NCBI GenBank assembly: GCA_963840455.1
Contig: CAWIYV010000011.1
Location: 448,001-512,000, forward strand
Length of the DNA: 64,000 nucleotides
Source: Nitrospirota bacterium
Lineage (GTDB): Bacteria; Nitrospirota; UBA9217
Direction: 5' to 3'
Positions 9,546 through 19,060 of the stretch are shown in pieces. The translations under genes were made by a program, and so were the position numbers. The notes under the pieces are model-generated. The model made no database searches, had not been told where the DNA came from, and saw nothing but the letters and a program-made list of their open reading frames with translations. Every line of letters begins with the position of its first letter. Position 1 is the stretch's first letter.

Positions 9546-10621
9546 CTGCCGAAGCTCACTCCGATGCCTTCCGACATCCTGACAAGGTCGCCGTTGGGGT
9601 CCACGAGTCGAAGCTGGTCAATCGCGCTCGCAAGCGGTACTGATTTGATGTCCGGCGGCTGGTAGGAGACCATCTGACCGTACTGTTTCTGCGCGAGCAG
9701 CTCGACCGCGGCCGCGCCGTAACGCGTGGCGAGGAGCCGGTCGAAGGGGCACGGGCTTCCGCCGCGCTGCAGGTGTCCGAGGACGGTGACGCGCACATCG
9801 AACCCGGTGCGTTTGCCGATCTCCCGTCCGACAATGTCGCCCATGCCGCCCAGCCGCAGCGCATAGCCGTCTGCCGCCTTCTCGAGCACCGACATCTGGC
9901 CGCCCACGGGCTTTGCGCCCTCGGCCACGACCACGATGCTCGACTTGCTCCCGCTCTTCTTGCGCTCGAGCAGTTTCTCCGCCACCTTCTCCATGCTGAA
10001 AGGGATCTCGGGGATCAGGATCACGTCGGCGCTGCCGGCGATGCCGGCCTCCAGGGCGATCCAGCCCGCGTACCTGCCCATCAGCTCGAGCACGATCACC
10101 CGCTGGTGGCTCTCGGCCGTGGTGTGCAGCTTGTCGAGCGCCTCGGTCGCCGTGTCCACGGCGGTCTGGAACCCGAAGGTGACGAATGTGGCGTCAAGGT
10201 CGTTGTCGATCGTCTTGGGAACGCCGATGACCGGCACGCCGAGCTTGTGCAGGCCGTTGCCGATCTTGAGCGAGCCGTCGCCGCCGATCACCACGAGGGC
10301 ATCGAGGCCCAGCTCTTGGATATTGGCGAGGACGAGGGGCGACATATCCTCGGTGATCTCCTTGCCGTTGACCACGGTCTTGTGGGCGAAAGGATTGCCG
10401 CGGTTCGTCGTGCCGAGGATGGTGCCGCCGACGAAGAGGATGCCACGGGTGTTCCATGACGTAAGCTGCCGCGTCTTGGTCGGCGAGAGAAGGCCCTCGA
10501 ACCCGTCAATGATGCCCGTCACCTCCCAACCGTACTTGAAGATGGCGGTTTTCGTGACCGCACGGATGACCGCGTTCAGCCCCGGTGCATCGCCCCCGCC
10601 TGAAAGAACGCCGATACGCAT
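9542..10621 (-). CDS. pfkA: 6-phosphofructokinase (probably ATP-dependent)
   Basis: GGGDAPGLN, GGTILGT, IGGDGS, PKTIDND, ELMGR, LGHLQRGG. Confidence 0.93.
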   Translation of the reverse strand: MRIGVLSGGGDAPGLNAVIRAVTKTAIFKYGWEVTGIIDGFEGLLSPTKTRQLTSWNTRGILFVGGTILGTTNRGNPFAHKTVVNGKEITEDMSPLVLANIQELGLDALVVIGGDGSLKIGNGLHKLGVPVIGVPKTIDNDLDATFVTFGFQTAVDTATEALDKLHTTAESHQRVIVLELMGRYAGWIALEAGIAGSADVILIPEIPFSMEKVAEKLLERKKSGSKSSIVVVAEGAKPVGGQMSVLEKAADGYALRLGGMGDIVGREIGKRTGFDVRVTVLGHLQRGGSPCPFDRLLATRYGAAAVELLAQKQYGQMVSYQPPDIKSVPLASAIDQLRLVDPNGDLVRMSEGIGVSFGR

Positions 10622-10723
10622 GAGAACCTCCTGGGAAAAGACAAAGTACCGAGTCCCGGATCAGGACCATGAAACTGCAACCGGTCACTCCCTGACGCAT
10701 GCCCCTCGCTCCATGACCGGATC

Positions 10724-11569
10724 CTACAGTTGCAACAGCGCCCTGCCGCCTTCGCAGGCGATCCGCTCGACAGTATCCGCCGGGATGCCGGCCCCGCGGA
10801 AAAGTGCAAGCTCATCGTCATAATAGCCCCGGTAGCGTCGGTCCGGAAGAACGCAGTCCGTGCCGACCGCAAGGGGCACACCGGCGCGGAATGCTTTTCC
10901 GATCATGACGAGATGGCGGTCGATCTCCTGCTGAATGAAAGCCAAGACCTCGGTCCGAGCCTCCGCCCGCTCCGCTGCCCGTCGCAGGGCCCCTGCCGTC
11001 GGGACCCAGAATATCTTGCGCACCGCAAGGATATCAAGTGCCGCATCGGTCATGAAGAAACCGTGTTCGATGGAGCGGACGCCGGCCTCGGCAGCAGCTC
11101 GGATCGCCGCTTCGCCGTTCGCATGGGCCATCACCGACAAGCCATGCTTGCCGGCTTCCGCAACGAGGAATCGGATCTCGTCCGCGCCGAAGCCGCCGGC
11201 AGTGACCGTACCCGGCAGTTCGAAGCTCACCATTCCCGAGGCGATGATCTTAATTATATCAGCGCCGTCGTTCCTGAGCTTGAGTATTTCCGCGGCGATC
11301 TCCTGCCGCGTCCCGACCGGCGTGCCGAGGAACCCGCCATACCCTCCAGGCTTCGAAAGCGCCCGGCCGGAAGTGATGATCCGGGGAGGACTCCCCTGCC
11401 CCGGCGATCGCTTCAGCGCAAGACCGATCCCCTGGCGGGTGCCGGCATCGCGGACCGCAGCTATGCCTGCGCGGGCAAGGTCCGGAAGCGCTTCGGCATG
11501 AGTGAGATGCACGTGAGCATCGACGTAGCCGGCTCCGCTGCTTGTCTGCCTTGGATTTCCGTTGGACAA
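10724..11569 (-). CDS. Amidohydrolase family protein (short, prolidase-like)
   Basis: DAHVH, IKIIASG, MAHANG, SIEHG, VGTD metal-binding motifs. Confidence 0.85.
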   Translation of the reverse strand: MSNGNPRQTSSGAGYVDAHVHLTHAEALPDLARAGIAAVRDAGTRQGIGLALKRSPGQGSPPRIITSGRALSKPGGYGGFLGTPVGTRQEIAAEILKLRNDGADIIKIIASGMVSFELPGTVTAGGFGADEIRFLVAEAGKHGLSVMAHANGEAAIRAAAEAGVRSIEHGFFMTDAALDILAVRKIFWVPTAGALRRAAERAEARTEVLAFIQQEIDRHLVMIGKAFRAGVPLAVGTDCVLPDRRYRGYYDDELALFRGAGIPADTVERIACEGGRALLQL

Positions 11570-11594
11570 TGAAGGGATGGTTCTCTCCCGTCAG

Positions 11595-13154
11595 CTAAAA
11601 ATAGGCTGTCAGTCTGAACCCGACCTGATAATAATTGTACCCCGCAACCGCCCCGCCGGCGTAGTTGCCACCCTCGACGTAGATCTCGAATGCCGTGCAC
11701 TTCTTCATCGTCCAGCCCGCTGAGGCGAAGAGGCTGTAGAAGGTATCACTGACCCTGTCCCCGAACCGCGTGTATGACTGGTATCCGACCGACGGCTCCA
11801 GAAAGGCATAGTATCCGTTCTTCTCAGCGTATAGGGATGCATAGACCTGGTGGGAGGTGAAGTCTTCAGGATCGAAATACCCGCTCCCGCTCTGACGCCT
11901 GAAGTCCAGGTACCGGAACCGGTAGCCGGCGGCGATCTTCGGCGACAAGAGCGTGACCGCATATTTCGCGCCCAGCCATAGGTCCTCTGAGTTATTTCCA
12001 TCCGAGAAGCCTGAATAGATAAAGCGCTCAGTGAACGAAAGCCGCGGGGACACCGTTTCGGACAGGCTGAGCGTCCCGCTCGTCCGCGTGATCCGGTTCT
12101 CGATGAGCTGCGCCGTATCCGTGAGCATTTCCCTCGATGCGCTCACGCCGATGGCGCCCCAGGCCGTGTCCGACTGGGCCCTGGCCAGGCCGGTGACCAG
12201 GTTCCCGCCGCCGGTCTTGCTTATGCCCATCCCCGCGCCGGTGTCGAACCTGCCGACCTTCGCATGGGCCGTGATCCCGATATCTTCGGCGTTCTCGTGC
12301 CGCACGGGGTCCTTCGCATCCGTCAGCCGGTATGCAAGCTCTGTGTCCCAGCGTCCGGCCCGGAAGCCGTAAACAAGCGCGGCTCGGTTCACGGTATTCT
12401 TGTCGGAGTCATAATAATAGCTGTACGGAACGCTCAGATGCCATGTCTGTACGCCGCAGAGAGCGTCAGAGAACCGTGCCAGCTCTTTTTCCTGATAGGG
12501 ATACGCCGGTTTCAATGGCGCGCTGATCTCTTTCGCGGCCCCCTTCTCACCGGCACCGAGATGGGCATAGGCGAGGCCGATCCGTGCGTCGAAGTTCTCA
12601 CCCTGGGCAAGCGCTTTCTCATAGACCGGGATCGATGCCCTGGCGTCACCCCGCCATCTCAGCACGTTCGCCTTCACCAGCAGCGCGTCCTGATTCTCCG
12701 GGTACCTGTTCAGCACCCTGTCCGCTTCCGTCTCGGCCTCCTGCAGCTTGTCCGACCACGACAGCACCTTTGCGAGGTGAATGCGGGCATCGCGGTCATC
12801 CGGATCCTCGGCGAGGATCGACCGGAGGACCGTTGCCGCGTCATCGAAGCGGTCCGCCCAGGAGATCGCGATCGCCATCTGCAGACGCTCACGCATCGTG
12901 AAGGTTGACGGAGCAAGGGCGAGTGCCTGGAGGAACTCGGCGGCGGCCCGTGGATAATCCTCCTGTGCTGCGTACAGGTCCCCAAGCTCCTTTCTGAGGA
13001 CCGCCTCTTCCTTTTTGTCCGTCGCCCCGCTGATGGCCTTTTGGTATGACTCTATCGTCCCGGCCCCGCCGCTCCCCTCTGCCCGCGCGGCGGGCGGCAG
13101 GGCGCAGCAGATGCCGAGCAGAATACCGGCTGCCGCGATCCTTGTCCTGTTCAT
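11595..13154 (-). CDS. Secreted TPR protein with C-terminal outer-membrane beta-barrel (PgaA/YaiO-like polysaccharide porin candidate)
   Basis: Signal peptide (..ARA-EG), TPR helices (AISWADRFDDA, LAKVLSWSDK), aromatic-rich beta-strands, terminal Phe (LTAYF). Confidence 0.75.
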   Translation of the reverse strand: MNRTRIAAAGILLGICCALPPAARAEGSGGAGTIESYQKAISGATDKKEEAVLRKELGDLYAAQEDYPRAAAEFLQALALAPSTFTMRERLQMAIAISWADRFDDAATVLRSILAEDPDDRDARIHLAKVLSWSDKLQEAETEADRVLNRYPENQDALLVKANVLRWRGDARASIPVYEKALAQGENFDARIGLAYAHLGAGEKGAAKEISAPLKPAYPYQEKELARFSDALCGVQTWHLSVPYSYYYDSDKNTVNRAALVYGFRAGRWDTELAYRLTDAKDPVRHENAEDIGITAHAKVGRFDTGAGMGISKTGGGNLVTGLARAQSDTAWGAIGVSASREMLTDTAQLIENRITRTSGTLSLSETVSPRLSFTERFIYSGFSDGNNSEDLWLGAKYAVTLLSPKIAAGYRFRYLDFRRQSGSGYFDPEDFTSHQVYASLYAEKNGYYAFLEPSVGYQSYTRFGDRVSDTFYSLFASAGWTMKKCTAFEIYVEGGNYAGGAVAGYNYYQVGFRLTAYF

Positions 13155-13933
13155 GTTCTTCTCTCGATATGGTTCCGGAATGCAAGGAGATCGGCGTCGT
13201 GATTCACCGACCACCGGGGGACAGCGGAGCGATCGCCGCCTCTCTCGAGATATCCCCTGTTCGAGGTGAGGAGATAACGAAACCCCTCCTGCTTCGCGAT
13301 CTCGATGCTCGTGCTGTCGTATCTCCCGTAGGGCCACGCGAGCACGGTCGCCGGGCGGCCCAGTTCCCGGCGGTAGCGGTCCTGGAATGCGGCAAGGTCC
13401 TTCCCCAGTTTTTCATTGAACGCGGCAAGGGTGAGCGCCGGCGAGGACCCTCTTCCCCATACATGCAGGGCGTTGGTATGACACCCGATCTCCACGAGGC
13501 CGCTCTTCACGAGGAACCGGCATTCGTCCCAGCTCAGGCTCGGATCATGGCTGCTCGCGACGCTATCCACCTGGTTCCCGATGACCGTGACGGTCGCCTT
13601 GAACCTGTACTCTGCGAGCAGCGGGAACGCGTGGTCCATGAACGATGCCGGGCCATCGTCGAATGTAATGATCACGGCCCGCCCGGCACGGTCCACGTCA
13701 AGGGAGTCGATCTCTTCGAATGAGACGGCTCGGTACCCCATGCCATAGAGCCACTCCATCTGGGATGCAAAGGCCGACGGCATGACCGTTTCCTCTTCGC
13801 CCGGATGGATGGAGAGATCGTGGTACAGCAGCACGGGGATCCGCACCGCCTGCGCCTGTCCGTGCCTGGGGACGGCAAGCGACAGGACAGCCGCGCCGCT
13901 GAACTTCAGGAACTGTCTGCGTGTCAGGTTCAA
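13151..13933 (-). CDS. Polysaccharide deacetylase (CE4, PgaB/IcaB-like) with Tat signal
   Basis: TRRQFLK twin-arginine motif; PVLLYH, ITFDDG, HTNALH, AWPYG. Confidence 0.9.
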   Translation of the reverse strand: MNLTRRQFLKFSGAAVLSLAVPRHGQAQAVRIPVLLYHDLSIHPGEEETVMPSAFASQMEWLYGMGYRAVSFEEIDSLDVDRAGRAVIITFDDGPASFMDHAFPLLAEYRFKATVTVIGNQVDSVASSHDPSLSWDECRFLVKSGLVEIGCHTNALHVWGRGSSPALTLAAFNEKLGKDLAAFQDRYRRELGRPATVLAWPYGRYDSTSIEIAKQEGFRYLLTSNRGYLERGGDRSAVPRWSVNHDADLLAFRNHIERRT

Positions 13934-16341
13934 CGTCCCTCCGGGATCCTCTTGAGGATCTTCTGATAGCGGAAGTAGCTTTCCTTCAGGAAGGTGTGGT
14001 AGAGAGGCGTCTCCCAGCCCTCCCAGGAATAGGACCTGATCGTCGATGCCGTGAGCTCGGCGGGAAGACTGTCGGCATGATTCTGGAGCATCCCCGTCCG
14101 GCGGGCCGTCACCCCGGCGTCATCCGGTTTGTACGAGACCGCCAGCACCCGGATGCCCTTTGTCCTTCTGGTCGTTCCATTCCGGTCCTTCCACAGGACC
14201 CGCTTCGAACTGGGATCGGTGATGTTGATGAGCCCCCAGGGGATGCGGAGCTCGATCGTCCGATCGCGGAAAAAGAAGTCCGCAAGGGAATGGTAGTCCG
14301 GGCTTTTCGAATCAAGGGTCCCGAACGTCAGCCTGCTCATCGAAAAATGGCGCGCCGGAAAGATGCGCTTCCCGTCCCTGCTGCTCCTCCTGATGTTCGG
14401 CTCATTCTGCATCATCACCCACGCCCCCTGGTCCGACTCACCGGGTGTGATCACTCCCGTATTCCCGTTCAGGTATTTATCATAGGACGCTGTCGTCAGG
14501 ATCCTGCTCCGCTCCTTCCCCGCCACGTGGATGAGGAACGTGAGGCCGACCGGGCTCATGACGTTCATACCGAAGGGGATCATCCGCTCCCCGGCCCCCG
14601 CCGAGCACGTGTCAAGCCCGATCAGGAAGTTCGCGCGGGTAAAATCGATCGCCCGGGCGGTCTCGAGCAGGATATAGAGAAAGCCCTCGTCATGCTGGAC
14701 ACACAGCCGCGTCAGTCTTCTCGCGCCGTCTGCGCCGTCAGGGAACTGGAAGGCCATGGTGTCCTCTTTTTTTTCGTACAGCACCACGGCGCTGGACCAG
14801 TCATCGCTCCGGCAGGCAAGTCTTACCTTCTTCCCCGGATAGCCGGGGTACGCCGCGAGAAGTCCGTAGTTCTGTTCAGGGTCCTGGAGATTGAACCAGT
14901 ACGGTTTTCGTTCAGCCGGAAGCTCATAGGGCAGGAACACCCAGTTCTTCTTGAACCACTCGTCGGACCAGCTGAACAGGATCCCGCCTGCCATGCCGGC
15001 CTTGTGGATCGCCCGCATCATCAGCCCGTTGATCTCGCCCTGCTCCCGGTCGCTGTGCCCCCCCTGATGCCAGCCGCCGCGATGCCAGTGCGCCGCTTCC
15101 CTGCTGCTGGGGACGCCGAATTCGGCGATCAGGACCGGTTGCCTCCCGTGGTATTCCTTCAATGCCGTGAGATAGGCGAGGTACGCGTTCTCCCGGTCCG
15201 GATAGTCATTGTTCATGAAATCGGGATAATAAGGGTACACATGGTACAGAGCAAAGAACCCGCTTCCGCTGTGCGATCTGATTTTTGTAAGATCAAGGGT
15301 CTCCGCATCTTCAATGGGCACACGGTCGCAGGCGGCCTGGTCGCTCTGCGGCCCCTGCGTCGGTGCTGCGGAAACATCCGCGTACGTCGATTCCGAGGGG
15401 TGTTCGAGAGGGTCAAGGGTCGGCCAATTGACGGTCGTGACGGGATGCGACAGGTGATACCGCTCATGTTCATAACGCTGCAGGAAATCACACATCTCCG
15501 TGATCCACACCTCGAACGGCGTGCCGTTCTGAATGCTCAGGAACGTCCCCTGATGACCGCTGACCCGCCTCCGATGAAGCTCGTTGAACCCTTTCACCGC
15601 ACAGGTCTCCCACTCCCTGCCCAGGATGAACCCCGCGACGTATGGTGAAACATCGAATGCATACGTGCCGTGAGCATGTCCCGGCCGCTCCGGCAGGACA
15701 GCGTTCCCGTACAGCACGTCCACAGCGTTCCTGATCTCGCTCCTGAGGCCCTCGAGGAACCGGCTGTCCCTGAAATCATTCCGCTCCGGCAGCTCGGTCC
15801 ATACTTCCTGGAAGAGATACAGTTTCCTCCCGGATGCGTTGAAGAGCGAGAGCGCCTCGTAGAAATCCGGCGGCAGGATCGTGTAGATCCTGACCGCATT
15901 AGCGCCGAGCTCGGATATCTGGGTGAACCATTTTTGATACGTCTTCTTTTTCACGGCGTACTCGCCGGGAAAATTTCCGGGCAGGCCGAGCCCGATGTTC
16001 ACACCCTTGACAAAGAACTTTTTCCAGACCCCGTCATGGACCTCCAGATGGTCCCTGACGGCCCGGAACGCGGCCCCCCTCATTGACACAGGCGTCTGCT
16101 GTTTCGATCGCTCGATGCGGCCAAGGTAATCCAGCGCGCGTGCGTGATGCCGCTCCAGTTCGAGCGCCTGGTAGAATGCCCACCTGGCCGTGGGAAGATC
16201 GCCCAGATGGTAGTGCGCGAGACCGAAGCCGAAGAACGTGTCGGCCTCCTTCCGCTGTTCGAGGGCCCGTTTGAAGATATTAACGGCCTCCTGATCATCG
16301 CCGCGCTCGATGGCGAGAAATCCGAGCTCCTGGGTGTTCAT
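13930..16341 (-). CDS. N-terminal TPR plus clan GH-A glycoside hydrolase-like protein
   Basis: TPR in residues 1-80; KGVNIG, GANAVRIYT, ILGREWE (acid/base candidate), PVLIAEFG (nucleophile candidate), FSWSDEW. Confidence 0.75.
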   Translation of the reverse strand: MNTQELGFLAIERGDDQEAVNIFKRALEQRKEADTFFGFGLAHYHLGDLPTARWAFYQALELERHHARALDYLGRIERSKQQTPVSMRGAAFRAVRDHLEVHDGVWKKFFVKGVNIGLGLPGNFPGEYAVKKKTYQKWFTQISELGANAVRIYTILPPDFYEALSLFNASGRKLYLFQEVWTELPERNDFRDSRFLEGLRSEIRNAVDVLYGNAVLPERPGHAHGTYAFDVSPYVAGFILGREWETCAVKGFNELHRRRVSGHQGTFLSIQNGTPFEVWITEMCDFLQRYEHERYHLSHPVTTVNWPTLDPLEHPSESTYADVSAAPTQGPQSDQAACDRVPIEDAETLDLTKIRSHSGSGFFALYHVYPYYPDFMNNDYPDRENAYLAYLTALKEYHGRQPVLIAEFGVPSSREAAHWHRGGWHQGGHSDREQGEINGLMMRAIHKAGMAGGILFSWSDEWFKKNWVFLPYELPAERKPYWFNLQDPEQNYGLLAAYPGYPGKKVRLACRSDDWSSAVVLYEKKEDTMAFQFPDGADGARRLTRLCVQHDEGFLYILLETARAIDFTRANFLIGLDTCSAGAGERMIPFGMNVMSPVGLTFLIHVAGKERSRILTTASYDKYLNGNTGVITPGESDQGAWVMMQNEPNIRRSSRDGKRIFPARHFSMSRLTFGTLDSKSPDYHSLADFFFRDRTIELRIPWGLINITDPSSKRVLWKDRNGTTRRTKGIRVLAVSYKPDDAGVTARRTGMLQNHADSLPAELTASTIRSYSWEGWETPLYHTFLKESYFRYQKILKRIPEGR

Positions 16342-17771
16342 CGCTTTTCGCCCTTCGGGCCGGACCGTGACCCCTTGTTCTCAACGTGTTCCCACCCCGT
16401 TCGTCCGGTCAGATATCTGACCATTGCCTGCAGTCTCCAGAACGAGTTGATCTGACGATAGCCGAAGTTCTCGAACACGCCGTAGAGCAGGAGCCGGAAC
16501 ATATGACCCCACGCTGGGTACCGCCGGTAGGTGAGCTCTTCGAGAAATATCCCCGCGGTCGAAAGGAAGATGCCGTAGAAAATGGCGAGCGTGATGAAAA
16601 GCATGAAGAACTTGAAGGCAAGGAGCCCCACGGCATAGGAGAGCAGCACAACGATGTATCCCAGGATCTCGATGAACGGCCCGATGATCTCGAACAATAC
16701 GTAGTAGGGCATCACGAGCATGCCGATCGTGCCGTAGCGCGGATTGAAGATCATCTCGCGGTTGTGGAAGAGGCTCTGGATCAGCCCGAGATGCCACCGC
16801 CGCCGCTGCCGGGCGAGCATCTTCATGTTCTCCGGCACCTCGGTCCAGCAGATGGGGTCCGAGATAAACCGTATCCGATACGGCTTCTTCTGGCTCCGCC
16901 TGACCTTATGGAGCCGGACGATCACTTCCATGTCCTCCGATACGTTGCCGACCTTGAAGCCTCCCGCCTCGATGACGGTCGCCTTATGGAAGAGCGAAAA
17001 TGTTCCGGAGATGATCAGCAGCGAGTTCAGTGCGTCCCACCCGACCCGTCCATAGAGGAACCCCCGGAGGTATTCGACGATCTGGAAGAGGATGATGGGT
17101 TTGTCCGGCAGGTCGATCTTCCTGATCGTAAGATCGTCCCCGAGCTGTACGCCGTTCAGAACGCGCACCACGCCACCGCACGCGATGACGGGAACGCCGC
17201 TTTCGAGTACGGGGGTCATGAGCCTGATGAGCGCGTCCTTCTCCAGGAGGGAGTCGGCATCGACCGAGCAGAAATAGGGGCTCAGCGATCCGTTGATGCC
17301 GCAGTTCAGGGCGTCGGCTTTGCCGCCCCGCACCTTGTCGATGACGAGGAGGTTCGGCGTCTCGTCGCTGTAGTAGAAACCTCTCACCGTTTCCGTCTTC
17401 AGGAAGTTCCGGTAAACGCGGTCGATCTTCTTCAGCCGGAAGGTGTCGATCACCGTCCGTAGCGTGCCATCATTGGAGCCGTCGTTGATAAGGATCACCT
17501 CGAACAGGGGATAATCGATGAGCAGCGCGGCCCGTATGCTTCGGATGACGACCTTCTCTTCGTTATAGACCGGCATCAGGATCGAGACCGGAGGGGTCTC
17601 GGGAGAGGCGCGGAAGTCCCTGATCGGAGAATATTTGACCCGGTGAATATGCCGGAGGATGGCGAAGAGAGAAATGATCAGGAGGCCGGCGTAGACCGTA
17701 TTCATGATGCCGAAGTAGGCGCCGACGAAGTAATTGAACCCAATGACGAAATAGATGATAGCTGTTCTCAT
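16338..17771 (-). CDS. Processive family 2 glycosyltransferase (PgaC/IcaA/NodC-like)
   Basis: NDGSND, KADALN, DAD, SEDME, QRRRW motifs; N- and C-terminal TM helices. Confidence 0.92.
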   Translation of the reverse strand: MRTAIIYFVIGFNYFVGAYFGIMNTVYAGLLIISLFAILRHIHRVKYSPIRDFRASPETPPVSILMPVYNEEKVVIRSIRAALLIDYPLFEVILINDGSNDGTLRTVIDTFRLKKIDRVYRNFLKTETVRGFYYSDETPNLLVIDKVRGGKADALNCGINGSLSPYFCSVDADSLLEKDALIRLMTPVLESGVPVIACGGVVRVLNGVQLGDDLTIRKIDLPDKPIILFQIVEYLRGFLYGRVGWDALNSLLIISGTFSLFHKATVIEAGGFKVGNVSEDMEVIVRLHKVRRSQKKPYRIRFISDPICWTEVPENMKMLARQRRRWHLGLIQSLFHNREMIFNPRYGTIGMLVMPYYVLFEIIGPFIEILGYIVVLLSYAVGLLAFKFFMLFITLAIFYGIFLSTAGIFLEELTYRRYPAWGHMFRLLLYGVFENFGYRQINSFWRLQAMVRYLTGRTGWEHVENKGSRSGPKGEKR

Positions 17772-19060
17772 GGTGTGCGTTCGTCCGTCAGGAAGCAACG
17801 GATCTCCTGTTTGATGCGCTCATCATCGCCCGTCTCCAGGTATGCGATGAGGGGGGTCGAGAAATGCAGCCCCTGCATGATCTTCAAAATATCCCGGGAT
17901 TTCGTCCGGAGCGGCCCGTCGACACCGCCGAGATTCGCGATCAGCCGGTCGCTGAAACCCGCCTTCTCGATCTCCTCGCAGATGCTCTCCTTCGCATAAC
18001 CGTCGGACGCCGAGAGCGCTTCGAGAAAGATGTCTATGGCGGTGTGACCGAACCCGGTGAGTGCCAGCGCCGCCTGTCTCCTCACGTGCCAGTTCTTGTC
18101 GAACAGGAGCTTCCCGAGCGGTCTTGCCGTCGCTTTGAGCACGAGCGCGCCTGCTGATTTTGCCGCCTGGAGCCTGACGAACCAGATGGGGTCCTCGAGG
18201 AGCGGCAGGACCAGCTCGTCCAAGTGACGGGGGATGTTCGCGTCGGCGCGTCCCAGCACCTTGAGCGCCTTGCTCCTCACCTCGGCATTCGGGCTTTGCA
18301 GATGTTCTATCGCCAGGGACACCGAACGTGCATCGGGGGCCAGGTGCGAGAGGGTTTCCAGAATGCAGGATGTGATCCAGGGATCGGCGCGTTCCCAGTG
18401 ATGCCCGATGAGATAGGGAATGGCGATCTCGCCGAAATTGAGCAGCGCTGTCTCCATGGCCTTGCGCGTCACGAGCGATCTGCCGAGGATATCCGGCAGG
18501 CGTCCGATGATCGCCGCGAGCGCTTCCTTCGTGCCGATCCTGCTGAGCGCCCGCACCGTCACGGACAGGATCTCCGGATCCCCTTCCTCAAGCAGCGGAA
18601 TGAGCTTCGGCGTTGATGCCGTGCACCTCATCCGGCCAAGCTTATCAATGGCCGATGCCCTGGCCAGGACGTTCCTGCCGGCGAGCTGCTCCTCATAGAA
18701 CGCCATGTACCCAAGCTTCTGGAACAGCGTTCTCCCTTTATCGGCGAATTTCCCTTCCGACACGACCGCGAACAGCACGTCCTCGACGGCCTGCCAGGCG
18801 AGAGAGCCCGGCTTGGTGAGGAACGCCTCCTTCTGCACGGCGATCCCCTCCAACTCGAGCGCCTGCGACAGGCGGCGCCCGTACTCATGCCGAAGGGCAT
18901 CCAGCTTCCCGTACATCCGGTCGTTCATGACCCGCCTCACGATGCTGGCGAGGAGGAGGGCCATGATCAGCAGCACCAGTGCCGCAATGGCCGTTGTGAT
19001 GAGAATGAGCATCAGATCAGCATGCATGGAGGTCGGGTGTTTCAGCATGGACCGGCTCAC
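17768..19060 (-). CDS. Membrane-anchored HEAT-repeat protein
   Basis: N-terminal TM helix; repeated D/NxxVRxxAxxaLG units (NAEVRSKALKVLG, IWFVRLQAAKSAG, NWHVRRQAALAL); exact start uncertain. Confidence 0.85.
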   Translation of the reverse strand: MSRSMLKHPTSMHADLMLILITTAIAALVLLIMALLLASIVRRVMNDRMYGKLDALRHEYGRRLSQALELEGIAVQKEAFLTKPGSLAWQAVEDVLFAVVSEGKFADKGRTLFQKLGYMAFYEEQLAGRNVLARASAIDKLGRMRCTASTPKLIPLLEEGDPEILSVTVRALSRIGTKEALAAIIGRLPDILGRSLVTRKAMETALLNFGEIAIPYLIGHHWERADPWITSCILETLSHLAPDARSVSLAIEHLQSPNAEVRSKALKVLGRADANIPRHLDELVLPLLEDPIWFVRLQAAKSAGALVLKATARPLGKLLFDKNWHVRRQAALALTGFGHTAIDIFLEALSASDGYAKESICEEIEKAGFSDRLIANLGGVDGPLRTKSRDILKIMQGLHFSTPLIAYLETGDDERIKQEIRCFLTDERTP

